Source: Stegostoma tigrinum (Eukaryota). Taken from it: DNA of 64,000 nt. The stretch covers positions 9,156,599-9,220,598 of the forward strand of contig NC_081360.1 of assembly GCF_030684315.1 (NCBI RefSeq), read 5' to 3'. How positions within the stretch are numbered: the first letter of the stretch is position 1; the number at the start of each line of letters is the position of its first letter. This document shows positions 25,775 through 37,600 of this stretch, in pieces. The notes beneath the pieces were generated by a model that made no database searches, had not been told where the DNA came from, and worked only from the letters and a program-made list of their open reading frames with translations. A program made the translations under genes and the position numbers.

Positions 25775-27335
25775 ACACAACAAAATGTGAGACTGGATGA
25801 ACACAGCAGGCCAAGCAGCATCTCAGGAGCACAAAAGCTGACGTTTTGGGCCTAGATCCTTCATCAGAGAGGGGGATGGGGTGAGGGTTCTGGAATAAAT
25901 AGGGAGAGAGGGGGAGGCGGACCGAAGATGGAGAGAAAAGAAGATAGGTGGAGAGAGTATAGGTAGGGAGGGGATAGGTCAGTCCAGGGAAGACGGACAG
26001 GTCCGACGGACACCTCCTCCCACCCACCCTCCTGCAAAAATTCCATCCCCTATTCCCAATTCCTCCGCCTCCGCCGCATCTGCTCCCACGACAAGACATT
26101 CCACTTCCGCACATCCCAGATGTCCAAATTCTTCAAGGACCGCGACTTTCCCCCCACAGTGATCGAGAACGCCCTCGACCGCGTCTCCCGTATTTCCCGC
26201 AACACGTCTCTCACACCCCGCCCCCGCCACAACCGCCCAAAGAGGATCCCCCTCATTCTCACACACCACCCCACCAACCTCCAGATACAACGCATCATCC
26301 TCCGACACTTCCGCCATCTACAATCCGACCCCACCACCCAAGACATTTTTCCATCCCCACCCCTGTCTGCTTTCCGGAGAGACCACTCTCTCCATGACTC
26401 CCTTGTTCGCTCCACACTGCCCTCCAACCCCACCACACCTGGCACCTTCCCCTGCAACCGCAGGAAATGCTACACTTGCCCCCACACCTCTCCGCTCACC
26501 CCTATCCCAGGCCCCAAGATGACATTCCACATTAAGCAGAGGTTCACCTGCACATCTGCCAATGTGGTATACTGCATCCACTGTACCCGGTGTGGCTTCC
26601 TCTACACTGGGGAAACCAAGCGGAGGCTTGGAGACCGCTTTGCAGAACACCTCCGCTCAGTTCGCAACAAACAACTGCACCTCCCAGTCGCAAACCATTT
26701 CCACTCCCCCTCCCATTCTTTAGATGACATGTCCATCATGGGCCTCCTGCAGTGCCACAATGATGCCACCCGAAGGTTGCAGGAACAGCAACTCATATTC
26801 CGCCTGGGAACCCTGCAGCCTAACGGTATCAATGTGGACTTCACCAGTTTCAAAATCTCCCCTTCCCCAACTGCATCCCTAAACCAGCCCAGTTCGTCCC
26901 CTGCCCCCACTGCACCACACAACCAGCCCAGCTCCTCCACTCCACGCACTGCATCCCAAAACCAGTCCAACCTGTCTCCGCCTCCCTAACCTGTTCTTCC
27001 TCTCGCCCATCCCTTCCTCCCACCCCAAGCCGCACCCCCATCTACCTACTAACCTCATCCCACCTCCTTGACCTGTCCGTCTTCCCTGGACTGACCTATC
27101 CCCTCCCCACCTATACTCTCTCCACCTATCTTCTTTTCTCTCCATCTTCGGTCCGCCTCCCCCTCTCTCCCTATTTATTCCAGAACCCTCACCCCATCCC
27201 CCTCTCTGATGAAGGGTCTAGGCCCGAAACGTCAGCTTTTGTGCTCCTGAGATGCTGCTTGGCCTGCTGTGTTCATCCAGCCTCACATTTTGTTGTCTTG
27301 GATTCTCCAGCATCTGCAGTTCCCATTATCTCTGA
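25775..27335. mobile_element. Young Penelope-like element: inverted 3'-terminal copy (25775-~26003, minus) plus GIY-YIG body and 3' end (~26004-27335, plus)
   Basis: 289-aa open frame with Cys/His linker and GIY-YIG (NVVYCIHCTRCGFLYTGETKRRLGDRFAEH...RRLQEQQLI...NGIN); ~230-bp near-identical inverted arms; 16-bp TSD TACTACATTCATGCCA at 25759-25774 and 27336-27351. Confidence 0.93.
27206..27233 (+). ncRNA. Minimal hammerhead ribozyme motif
   Basis: CTGATGA-A-[GGGT-CTAG-GCCC]-GAAAC-GTC; palindromic ACGT stem III; GUC cleavage triplet. Confidence 0.7.
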
Positions 27336-27522
27336 TACTACATTCATGCCATAATTGTCATAGGAATGTTTGATGGGAATATTGTAAAGGAAGCTTTACA
27401 TTCAGTTTAAAAGAGTAGGAACAACCTTTGATTGGTCAGGTTGCAGTTTAACACAGACCCTGTAAGGTGGAATGAAAACAGAGAAGGCAGGAGACCCAGC
27501 AGATTGTAGGATCAATACTTCT

Positions 27523-27548
27523 TTCTCTCTCTCTCTCTCTCTCTCTCT
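27523..27548. repeat. (TC)n microsatellite
   Basis: Direct reading. Confidence 0.9.
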
Positions 27549-27959
27549 TTGTTCCATTGCTCTGAAAAATTGTTTTCTCCCATTCTCCAACCAAAGAGCA
27601 GGAAAAGCTGCATTCATACTTGCTGAAAGTAAAAAAATAAAGCTCACGGGAAGCAAAAAATGACCCTGGGTCTAACTGAACAAAGTGAACTAAAGATTGA
27701 TCATCACTGTACAAGTAACATTGAGGCATCATTGAAGAAAGGAAAAGGGATATGAAACCAATGCATCTAGGTTGGTTGTTGTTCATTGGCGGTATGGAAC
27801 TCTGCTTTTCTGACTATTTGCTTTTCCCTTCAATCATAAAATTCATGTTTGTTTTTCTTTGTGTGAGTGTGCATGCACATGTGTGCATGAGGGGATTTTA
27901 AAAGGAGTAAGATTTAAAATACATAAATCAGAAATCCTGTTGGATTTCTGCCTGAAAGT

Positions 27960-29270
27960 CTGTGTCCAGTCAGGTCTCACAGGGGTCAGTGTTGGAGCCC
28001 TTGTTGTTTGTGGTTTATATAAATAATTTGGTCTTTGAATGTAGGTTACCATAGAACCTGTACAGTGTGGAAACAGGCCATTTGGCCTATACAGTCCACA
28101 CTGACCATGCCTCTAAAGAGTAGCCCACCCAGTCCCACCCCCTATCCTATACCTGCATATCCCACGGCTAAACCACCTAGCCTGCACATCCCTGAACACT
28201 ATGGGCAATTTAGCATGACCAATCCACTAACCTGCATACCTTTTGACTGCAGTAGGAAACCAGAGCACCTGTTGGAAATCTATACAGACACGGGGGGGAT
28301 GTGCAAACTCCACACAGTCACCCGAGGGTGGAGTTGAACCCAGTTCCCTGGCTCTGTGAGTCAGCAGTGCTAACCACTGAGCCACCATACCATTGATCAG
28401 TTAAGTTCACAGATGAGACAAAAATTGGTGAGGGAGTAAACAATAAGGGGGATAGATTTAGGCTACAGGTGGATATGGATGGGCTGGTCAGATAGCCAGC
28501 TCAATGGCAAATGGAATTAAATCTGGATACAAGTAAAGTTGGGCTGGACAAACAAGATAAGGGAATAATGATGAATGTTAGAACCTTGGGAAGCACCAAG
28601 GATCAGAGGGACCTTGGTGAGCCTGTACACTAGTCCCGTAAGGTATCAGGATGGGTGGATAGAGTCGTTAAGAAGATATACCAGACAGATGTCTTTATTA
28701 GACAAGATGTAGAGTTGACAGCAGGGTGGTTATGTCCGAACTGTATAAAAAATTGGTTAGGCCACAGCTAGAGTACTGTGGACAGTTCTGGAATTTACAT
28801 TGTAGGAGAAAGAGAATTGCACTGGAGAGGGTGCAGCAGAGATTTACCAGAATTTTGCTGGGGTGGAAAGTTTCAGTTACAAAAACAAGTTGAACAGATG
28901 GGGTTGTTTTCCTTAGTGCACAGCATATTGAGAGGGGCTGTGACAGAATTTTGTAAAACTATGAGGGGTACAGACAGTGTAGAAAGAAAGAAACCTTATT
29001 CCGTTGATGGGAGGGCTGAAGGTTTAGAGGAGATGTGGGGAAAAAAATAATTTCCAGACAATGGTGGGAATCTGGAACTCATGCCTGTAACGGTGATAGA
29101 TGCTGAAACTCTCACAATATTTAAGAGGCATTTAGACCCCAAGGCGTATAAAGCTATGGGTCAAGTGATGGAAAATAGGATTAGAATAGTTAGGTGGTTG
29201 TTTGTGAATGGCGTGAACCCAATGGTCCAAAGGTCCTTTTTCTGGGCTGTAGATCTCTGTGACTATAAAG
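27960..29270 (+). mobile_element. Decayed CR1 LINE interrupted by a V-SINE
   Basis: caggggtcagtgttggagccc (QGSVLEP) before the SINE; cagatgagacaaaaattgg (ADETKI) after it; CR1 3' end near 29250. Confidence 0.75.
28050..28391 (-). mobile_element. HE1/V-SINE
   Basis: gcagtgctaaccactgagccacc head; gtgcaaactccacacag core. Confidence 0.88.
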
Positions 29271-29849
29271 GTTCAATCACCTGTGTAGGATTGCAGTCAT
29301 GCATAGGCTAGATCAAGCAGGTGGATTTGGGGTCAGGTTCTTTTCCTTGGTAAATACAAGCAACTTATTATGGAATGTTATAACAAGCACAAATGTGTTT
29401 ACCTACTTATTACTCGATGTATTAACTTCACAAATTTCCACAGAGGAATTCAAACATATGACTGTATTACTTATTCAGAATCATTGCCACTGGGCTACCA
29501 CGCAACATCAAGACAAGCTATTGACATATCCAGAACAAAATTGATTAAATGCAGCAGATAATTCACAGTTCTGCAAATTTAGAAAAATATCATTAAGTAC
29601 GACATTGTACTTATATAGTCGAGGAGAGTATTTCACCTTCATTATTTGCTTTCATGGCTGGAGACTGAAGCCTGTCGGAGTTAATTTAAAATGTGTGCCA
29701 TCAACTGTTTAAAACATACCTGAATCAAATTATCCTGACCTGTCAATGTAATATTTTTGCTTCAATTATTAGCCGAGAAAAACCTGAAGCTCTTTAGGAG
29801 CTGTTTCTGTATTTAATGCAGAAGCAATTATTGTTTTAAAATGTTTTCT

Positions 29850-30750
29850 TTTCATTCACTTATGGGATGAGGGCAATGCTGGCTGAGCCAGTATTTATTG
29901 CTCATTCCTATTTGCCCTTGAGAAGGTGCTGCCTTCTTGAACTACTGCAGTCCATGCACTGTACAGAGACTCACAACACCCTGAGAGAGGGAATTCCAGG
30001 ATTTTGACCCAGTGAGGAATGGTGATTATGGTGCAGTCTGAGGATCTTTGATGAATTTCTGTACTGCATCTGGTAGATAATACAGCTGCTTCTGTGCTTC
30101 AGTGTTGGAGGGAGTGGTTGTTTGCTAATGGGGTACCGTTAAGTGAGCTACTTTGTCCGGGATGGTGTCAAACTTCTTCATTGTTGTTTGAGCTGCGCTC
30201 ACCCAGAGAAGTGGACAATATTGCATCTCATTCCTGCCTTGTGCCTTGTGGATGGACAAGCATTGCGTAGTCAGGAAGTGGGTTACCCACCGCAACATTC
30301 CTAGCCTTTGACCTGCTCTTGCAGACACTTCAATTAATAAACTGAGTGCAGCTGAGCTTGGTTAACGGTAGCCCTGAGGATGTCAATAGTGGGGGATTCA
30401 GTGATGGTACCACTATTGAATGTCAAGTGGCAGTGGTTAGATTATTTCTTATGGGAGATAGTCATTGCCTGGCATTCGAGTAGTGTGAATATTATTATCA
30501 ACTTGTCAGTCCAAACCTGGATGATAGACCAGATGTTGCTTTTTAACATGGACTGCTGCAATACTTGAGGGATTGTGAACGGTGCTGAATATTTTGCAAT
30601 CATCGGGAAACATCCCCACTCTGAACTTATGATGGACGAAAGGTCATCGGTGAAGCAGCTGAAGATGGTTAGGCCTAGGACAGTACCCTGAGGAACTCCT
30701 GCAGAGATGTCCTGAGGTAGCAGGGTAAAGGAATCTGAAATGCCTTCAGC
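29850..30750 (-). mobile_element. Decayed CR1/L2-type LINE RT fragment
   Basis: ISAGVPQGTVLGLTIFSCFTDDL and ARAGQRLGMLRWVTHFLT in minus frames. Confidence 0.8.
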
Positions 30751-30914
30751 CATGCAGAAGGTGACATGCTACTGGTGGGCCACATCCAACTGCTCCATGT
30801 TCATTGTGTAAGTTGAGATCTGCCTGTCTCATCACGGGCACTGGGCAGGGGAACGGTCTGGCGAAACTCTCATGAATCCGATATTCTCAGATCAGCTCTG
30901 CCAGATCGCTCACA

Positions 30915-31205
30915 GGGTCACAGAATGCTTATGGCACCAAAGAGGCCACTTGGCCTCTCATGTCTGTGCCAGCCAAAACCAAACCACCCAGCCACATTTC
31001 ATAACCCAGCATCCAGTCCATAGCCTGGCAGATTATGGTATGTGAGGTACACACATCAAAGCGGTTAAGGTTTGCCGCCTCCATTGCCCTTTCAGGTAGC
31101 GAATTCCAGGCCCCTCTCATGGTCTGGCTGAAAAAGGTTTTCCGTACCCCCCCTCCAATCTTTCAACCAATCAATTTAAATCCATAGGCCTTCCTCACCG
31201 CTCTC
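30915..31205 (-). mobile_element. CR1 3' end fragment
   Basis: MRGAWNSLPERAMEA motif. Confidence 0.7.
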
Positions 31206-32161
31206 CCTCCTGGGGAGCAGAGTTCCATGGGTAGATTTCTAATGGGAGTTAAAACCCAAGCAAATCTGAGACGAACAAATTTGAGAACAGCCCTAGAGTA
31301 GTGTGTTATTCTCATCCAGTAATTCAGACATGACATGACTTACAAGAATCTTCGGCACGAAACACTGAATTTCCCCCTCTCACTCAACCATTGATCAGAC
31401 ATTTAGGACAGGGCTGAGGAGGAAGGTCTTCACTCAGACACTTATCAATCTTTGGAATTCTCTTACACTCCCCCCCCCCCATCCCCCACTGAGGCTTGTA
31501 GGTGTTCCTTCTCCTAAAGTCGAAGCAGGCAGAATTTTGAACTCTCAGAATCATGGGGCTTCTGAGGGGTGTGTGGGACTTCGTGCTTGCTATGGAATAT
31601 ATTTACTGGGGAAAGTAATGTGGTCAGCCAAGTGGACCATAGGATATGAGTTCCCTGATTTTGGCTGTTAAAAGACTCTGTGTCATTCAACAGGGAAACA
31701 GGCCCTCCAGTCCAACCAGTCTTTACTGAACATAATCTCAAACTAAACTAGCGCAGAGATAGTAGGAACTGCAGATGCTGGAGAATCTGAGATCATGAGA
31801 AAAGTTGGGCAGCTACAGGTGGGTAGAAGTATTAAAAATGTTGGGCAGATAATAGTTCACTTGGATAGGACAACAAAACGACTACACATCGTGTGCCCAA
31901 TTTACATCTAGAGACTCGAATGAATTGAATATGAGGTGAAATGTGTAACAGGATTTAGAGTAGACACTGCTTGTTTTATGTTACCAATCTGACAACAACA
32001 ACCCAAACATTAGTTTAACCTTTCAAAACTGAAGTGCTTGCAGCAGCTCATTTGTCTTTTCTCCTAAGCTATGTAACACTTTCTCTGACCTTGTGCACTC
32101 TCCAAAGTGAAGCCAGTATCATGTCTTTGAGTGAACAAAGCCATTTGATGGAAATACATAC

Positions 32162-32288
32162 CCCTCAATGCCAGTGATAAGAAAGATAAGGTTTCCATTG
32201 ATCTTGGTGCAGTTCATAAACTTGTCGATGTTGCTCGAGTCTACGGTTTTCGCCATCTGCAAACTTCCAGTTCCGATTCCATCACAAG
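32162..32288 (-). CDS. ERBB4: ERBB4 exon 9 equivalent (L domain III start)
   Basis: 127 nt, ag|...|gtatgt; (A)[41 protein letters not shown](G). Confidence 0.96.
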
Positions 32289-34084
32289 CTGTGAAAGGGA
32301 TGAAAAGGAGGAGCTGTTGAAATGGCATTGACTGGAAAATGGGGGCAGGGTAACAACAGGGAGTTATGGGGGGGTTTGGGGATGGGATTCATATTTCAAT
32401 TGCAGACAATATCACTGTTGCCCATGGCAATCAGGTTGTAGCGAATGAGCCAAGAGTTGAAGACATTGTGAGCAACACTGCACAGCACCATGCACACTCA
32501 GAAGATTTCCTATGGAAGATATGTGTCAGGGTCCTGTGATAAATAGCAAAAAAAACCAGGAAAGTGGCACAACCTTCAGTCATTTGCTAGTGTCAATGTA
32601 TGGACCCACTGTGCAAGCATTTCACTATCTTCCATTTCCATGATGCAATATCCATGGCTCAGTGCTTGCCGTCTTGTCTCCAATCAGCCACATTTCAGCA
32701 GGTAGCCATGACCTAGGCTGTACTGAGACAATTTTACAATATCAGAGGCACAGTCTTTCAGACTGGATGTTAAACCAAATCATAACCTGGTCGTCTGCTC
32801 TCCCTCCCAAAACCTGAGTGCAGAAGGTGCTCCAGGATAATTCATAGAGGAGCAAGGTGGGGGTAAGCCAGGGGTCCTGCCCTGTACTGAATGGTCAACC
32901 ACATTGTTAAGTGCCTGCCACTACCACATGACCATAATTTAATTCATTGTAAATGAAATTGTGAGGTCCTTTCTTTCAACATGCAATGGATAATATCAAT
33001 GTACAGGGTTTAAGAGAGGGTGTGTGTATGGGTTGTGTGGTGCAACGGGGAACCTCAAGCTATGAGTTCAAACCCCATCCCAGGACTTGATGATCAGGGA
33101 AGCTCCATTCATTATATAACCAAACAGGTTGAGGGTCAGCCTCAAAATCCCTCCAACACATGTCGATAGGCTTGAGGAGCGGGAGAGATTCGGTGGAGCC
33201 TCTCCCATCAGTATCCAGAGCTCCAGACTACAACATATTCATGCATGTTGCCACAGCAACCCAGACACCCCGAGTGAGTTGCATCTCTTCCCTCCCAACC
33301 CCACAAACCACCAAGGGAGGAGTACGGTTTCTGTTCTCTCCCTTTGAGAATGTGCTCAGGTACTTGGGCGCACAGATAAACTTTGCAGGTGGCAGGGTTT
33401 CTGGAGAACCTCAGTGTGGAGTGGCAGAGCCAGAAGTACGTTTGACATTCACACGTCAGTAGAATTGAAATGCTCATACGACTCTGGCAGCATTATGTGC
33501 TGACTGTATTCTGCGCGGAAGCAAATACCCTGGAAAGACAAAGCGGGGAGGAGGCAGAGGTTAACTGGACTAAATCATACAGATTACCCTTCAACATGAA
33601 AAAGCCTTTCAGGAGTGAAGTTCACTTAAACTGAATTAGGCATCTGCAATTAATTGCAAATGCTCTTTGAAGCCTGGTTTTCAGTCGGGAATTGGTGCCA
33701 CTTGCAATGACACGTGCAGAATTGTTCAAAGATGCAGCACGGCAGGTGAGATCCTCAGTTTCTGGGAGCTTGTCAGAAATGGTAAAGAAAGACTTGCTTC
33801 TATATGGATTCTTTCACGACCTCACAGCATTGTAAAGTGCTTTGCAATCAGTTGAATACTTTTGAAGAGTAGCCACTATCGCAAGGCAGGAGAGATGGCA
33901 GATGATCCGAGTGCAGCAAGATCCCACAAAAAACAATGGCATAAAAATCAGAGAACCTATGTTTGGGTATTGTTCGTCAATGGATCAGAATTATCAGTAC
34001 GCTGGGAAAGGGGAATTGATCTCCTTTGGAAAAGTGTCAGAAACTTTAACATCCACCTGAGAGAGTCATCAATTAACTTCTCTC

Positions 34085-34183
34085 AGTTAACACAGTGTGG
34101 AGCTGGAGGAACACAGTAGGACAGGAAGCGTCAGAGGAACACGAAAGTTGATGTTTTGAGTTTACACCCTTTTCATCAGGACC
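34085..34183 (-). mobile_element. Penelope hammerhead mini-element with 11-bp TSD
   Basis: ggagctggaggaacacag...gatgttttgagtttacacccttttcatcag; TAACTTCTCTC at 34074-34084 and 34184-34194. Confidence 0.78.
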
Positions 34184-36020
34184 TAACTTCTCTCTCCTGC
34201 TGGTGAATTACAGAATCTGCCAAAGTCATTCAGAAAATAAGTGAGTGTGATACATATATAAAGGTATACATCCACTGTCATGCTTATGGAAATGGTTGAA
34301 AATTCAGCTCCATCAGTCAAAAAGACCTTGGCCAGGACAATGCTAGTGATACTGCATGTGCCCTGAGTGCCACACTGTTTGTCGGTGAGCACTAGGGGAG
34401 TTGATGAAGTCTCTCATTTTTGACTATCTTTTCTTAACGATCAACTGCAATCCAATGTCACAGCATATTAAAGATAACAGTCCCATCTGAGGATTAAGGT
34501 CAATCCCATCCTCACTTGAGCTCTACTTTGTCTAGAGTGCTCACCAGCTCACCAGAATCTCTAGAAAATGGCTTCTCCTTAACCCTGGAGCACAAAGTTC
34601 GATCACAGATTTCACCCTAAACTCATCTGGTTGGTATGACTTACCCATACTGTGGGCAGTAGATTGACCCAGTACACCATTGGGTTATCTTGTCCACTAT
34701 TCCAGCCTCTATTTATCCTGTAACTGTCTCAACCTGCCCATAGCTGTGGGATAATTATCTTCAACATGCTCTGACATTGGCCTGCAATTGATTAATTTAG
34801 AGGAATACAGGCACTTGGCTAATCAGATTGGGAAGGCCATCTGTAGCATGTAACTAACTAAAGCACAAAATAAGAGCTTGCTTTGATGTGATGTAATGCA
34901 TTGACCATATTTCTTCAAGTGTGTGCATCCTAAACAGCTATCTATTTACTACTGCTAACAGGGCAAGACATGGTGTAGAATTCCATGACTTTGTAAAGAG
35001 AGTGCAGCAGTTGTACAAGTCCAGCATGTCTACTCAGCCTCCCAATTACCATTATCTATATAGAGTCTAAAAAATGCAAAGTCATTGCAGTTCCAGAGAA
35101 GTACAAGGCTGCTCTCTAATGATGGCGATGACTGATGGTAGTTTAACCTGAGGGCCACTACACTTTAGGTGAGGTTGAGAAGGTGGGACGTTCATGATAA
35201 ACTCAGCCAGAGTAGGAATTGAGCCCACATAGTTGGTGTCACTCTGCACTGCAAACCAGCCATCCAGCCAAATGAGCTGACCAACTTACAATACTAATTT
35301 CCCCATCCTTGTGTAGCATTGCTACATTTGCGACAAATTGATAAGTGCAACATTCTTCATGCATTGTTGGGATTTTCAAGAGGCATATCCTTCAAAATCT
35401 GCTTAAACAGTGAAGATTGCGGTCATGACCACAAGCGAAACATAAATCATTGCATTTTCAGAGAACACTTGCATCTTGAAGTGCCCTCACAGTCGCCCAT
35501 CTACAATGGCAGTGCCAACCTCCCACAGTAATGCTGTCAGCTATTCAAAGGAACAGGAACTCCCAGCTCTCCACCGGCCTGCAGAGCTTGGCCTTCATCC
35601 TTAATTGGACTGGCTACAGAAACTGGCCTCTGATTGGCATTCTCCCCAGAAACCCCCTCCACGCCATGCTCACTTCTGTTCTTGTCCCAGAATTCAGACT
35701 GTTCCGGCCAGCGCAGATGCTGTTACAAAAGACTCTTGTGGCTATGTCTCAGTTTCAGAGGTCAGTAAACAATGGAGATTCCATAGTTAGGTTGCGTTCT
35801 TGTGTGAAATGCTAGAGAAACTCTGGAAATGGTCAAACCATACATCATCAGCAACGAGTTGGTGCGTTGCAGTGAGCAAACGTGGAGTTTTCACGGAAGG
35901 AGTTCAGACTTAATCATTCTTTTCACAGATGTACCAGCGTCTTCTTCACATCGGATTATAGGATTCTGGTGTACTAAAGGATAGGGTCAGGTGTTTAAAC
36001 ATTCCTAAAATGAGGGTTAC

Positions 36021-36134
36021 CTTTAGGACAAATGTCCGTGCAGGGTTTACACACTTTGATTCCGTTTTCTTCCACTTCCATCTTGTTGCTCGGGCAAGCT
36101 CGTACACAAGAACTGTGATCCACCACAAAGTTAT
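36021..36134 (-). CDS. ERBB4: ERBB4 exon 8 equivalent (end of domain II)
   Basis: 114 nt, ag|...|gtaacc; [37 protein letters not shown]. Confidence 0.96.
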
Positions 36135-36904
36135 CTGGAAGGAGAGAGTGAAGGGTTCTGGCTGTTTAATGTAGCTGAACATTTTCAAAGGATTTATTCC
36201 ATTAAGATTCATAATAAGCAAGTTCTTTGCTGCCCATCAATATACATCATCCCCCCCCAGTAACCGCCTAAATGAAAGCTTTGACAGAGTTCACCCAGTG
36301 AGGTTTACCATTTGGCCAGTATATCAGAGACTTGCTCCGACTCAACATTCACTGGTAAACCTGCACACAACACAGAAATCCACTTCTAACAACACTACCT
36401 CTATCTGCCAAACCCTCCTACCTATACCTTTTGAGTGATTTACAAGTAAGCTTTATTTCTAATTCAGGCAGGACGGATTTTTGGCAGCAAACGTTTTCAA
36501 GTTATGTGGCACATATCTGCCAGTGCAGTGCCCAGTGTCACACCAAGTTTAATTTCACCATCCTGCTTTATGTTGAGCTCAATGCCTGACTGGATTCCTG
36601 TTACTTACTTTCCTACCTGACTGGATTTGTTTTACTCAGTTTCACTTGTTTGTCAATAAAGGCACTGGGAAGTGACAAGACTTGCAGTGAATACCCTGTT
36701 TGTGCCCTACCAATGAATATTCACATAGGATTAGAGCATGAACCTGAGAATTAGGGCTGTATTAAAGTGGACATACCTCTGAACCTTGCTCATTTGACCT
36801 CTGGGCATGCAGGATTGGGGGATTTATCTCACTTGTTTCTGCTATTTACGAATAATCAAGACAAATCCACCGTCTGACTGATATATAACCACTGAACAAC
36901 ATAT

Positions 36905-37238
36905 GGGTGGCTTGGTGGTTCAGTGGTTAGCACTGCTGCCTTACAGCACCAAGAACACAGGCTCAATTCCAGCGTTGGGTAACTGTTTGTGTTGAGTTTG
37001 CACACTCTCCTCTCATCTGCGTGAGTTTTCTCCAGGTGCTCCGTTTCCTCCCATAATCCAAAGTTGTGCAGTTTAGGTGGATTGGCCATGCCCAATTGGC
37101 CCATAGTGTCTAGGGATATGCAGTTAAGTGGATCCGCCATGGTAAATGTGCGGTTTCTGGGGCTAGGTCAGGGTGATAGTCTCTTTGGAATGTTGATGCA
37201 GGAATGGCCTGCTTCGGCGCTGTGAGGATCCTACGATT
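36905..37238 (+). mobile_element. HE1/V-SINE
   Basis: tRNA-like head gtggttcagtggttagcactgctgcc...ggctcaattcc; gagtttgcacactctcc core. Confidence 0.88.
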
Positions 37239-37344
37239 GACATGAATGCATCGTGTCAACAGCAGACAGCTCTTCCAAAGGCTCTTTTGGTAAAGCAAAC
37301 ATACGACAGTATTGGGAGAGGTTCTTGCGGTGTGAGTGCACACT

Positions 37345-37455
37345 TACAATACAGTGGTAGTGTCCTTAGCTCAGAATCAGAAGGTCTTGGTTCAAGTCCT
37401 ACCTGTTCCAGAGCTGCGCCATAATATATCTGAACATGTTGATTAAAAATATGTA
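37345..37455 (+). mobile_element. tRNA-derived SINE fragment
   Basis: cagtggtagtgtcc...ggttcaagtcc A/B-box-like sequences. Confidence 0.55.
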
Positions 37456-37498
37456 TAAAAGAGTCTGGAAGTCAAGTGGACTTCTACTGAATAGTTAA

Positions 37499-37600
37499 TA
37501 AAATGTGAAGCTGGATGAACACAGCAGGCCAAGCAGCATCTCAGGAGCACAAAAGCTGACGTTTCGGGCCTAGACCCTTCATCAGAGATTTTTAACCTCT
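37499..37600 (-). mobile_element. ~100-bp Penelope hammerhead mini-element with 18-bp TSD
   Basis: CTTCTACTGAATAGTTAA at 37481-37498 and 37601-37618; body nearly identical to the reverse complement of 27203-27291. Confidence 0.88.
37558..37585 (-). ncRNA. Minimal hammerhead ribozyme motif on the ERBB4 sense strand
   Basis: Exact reverse complement of 27206-27233. Confidence 0.7.

Noticed and set aside
26120-26989. 289-aa ORF as a host nuclease gene
   Set aside because: It is the C-terminal part of a Penelope ORF inside a TSD-bounded, 5'-truncated insertion, with decayed paralogues at 3190-5395.
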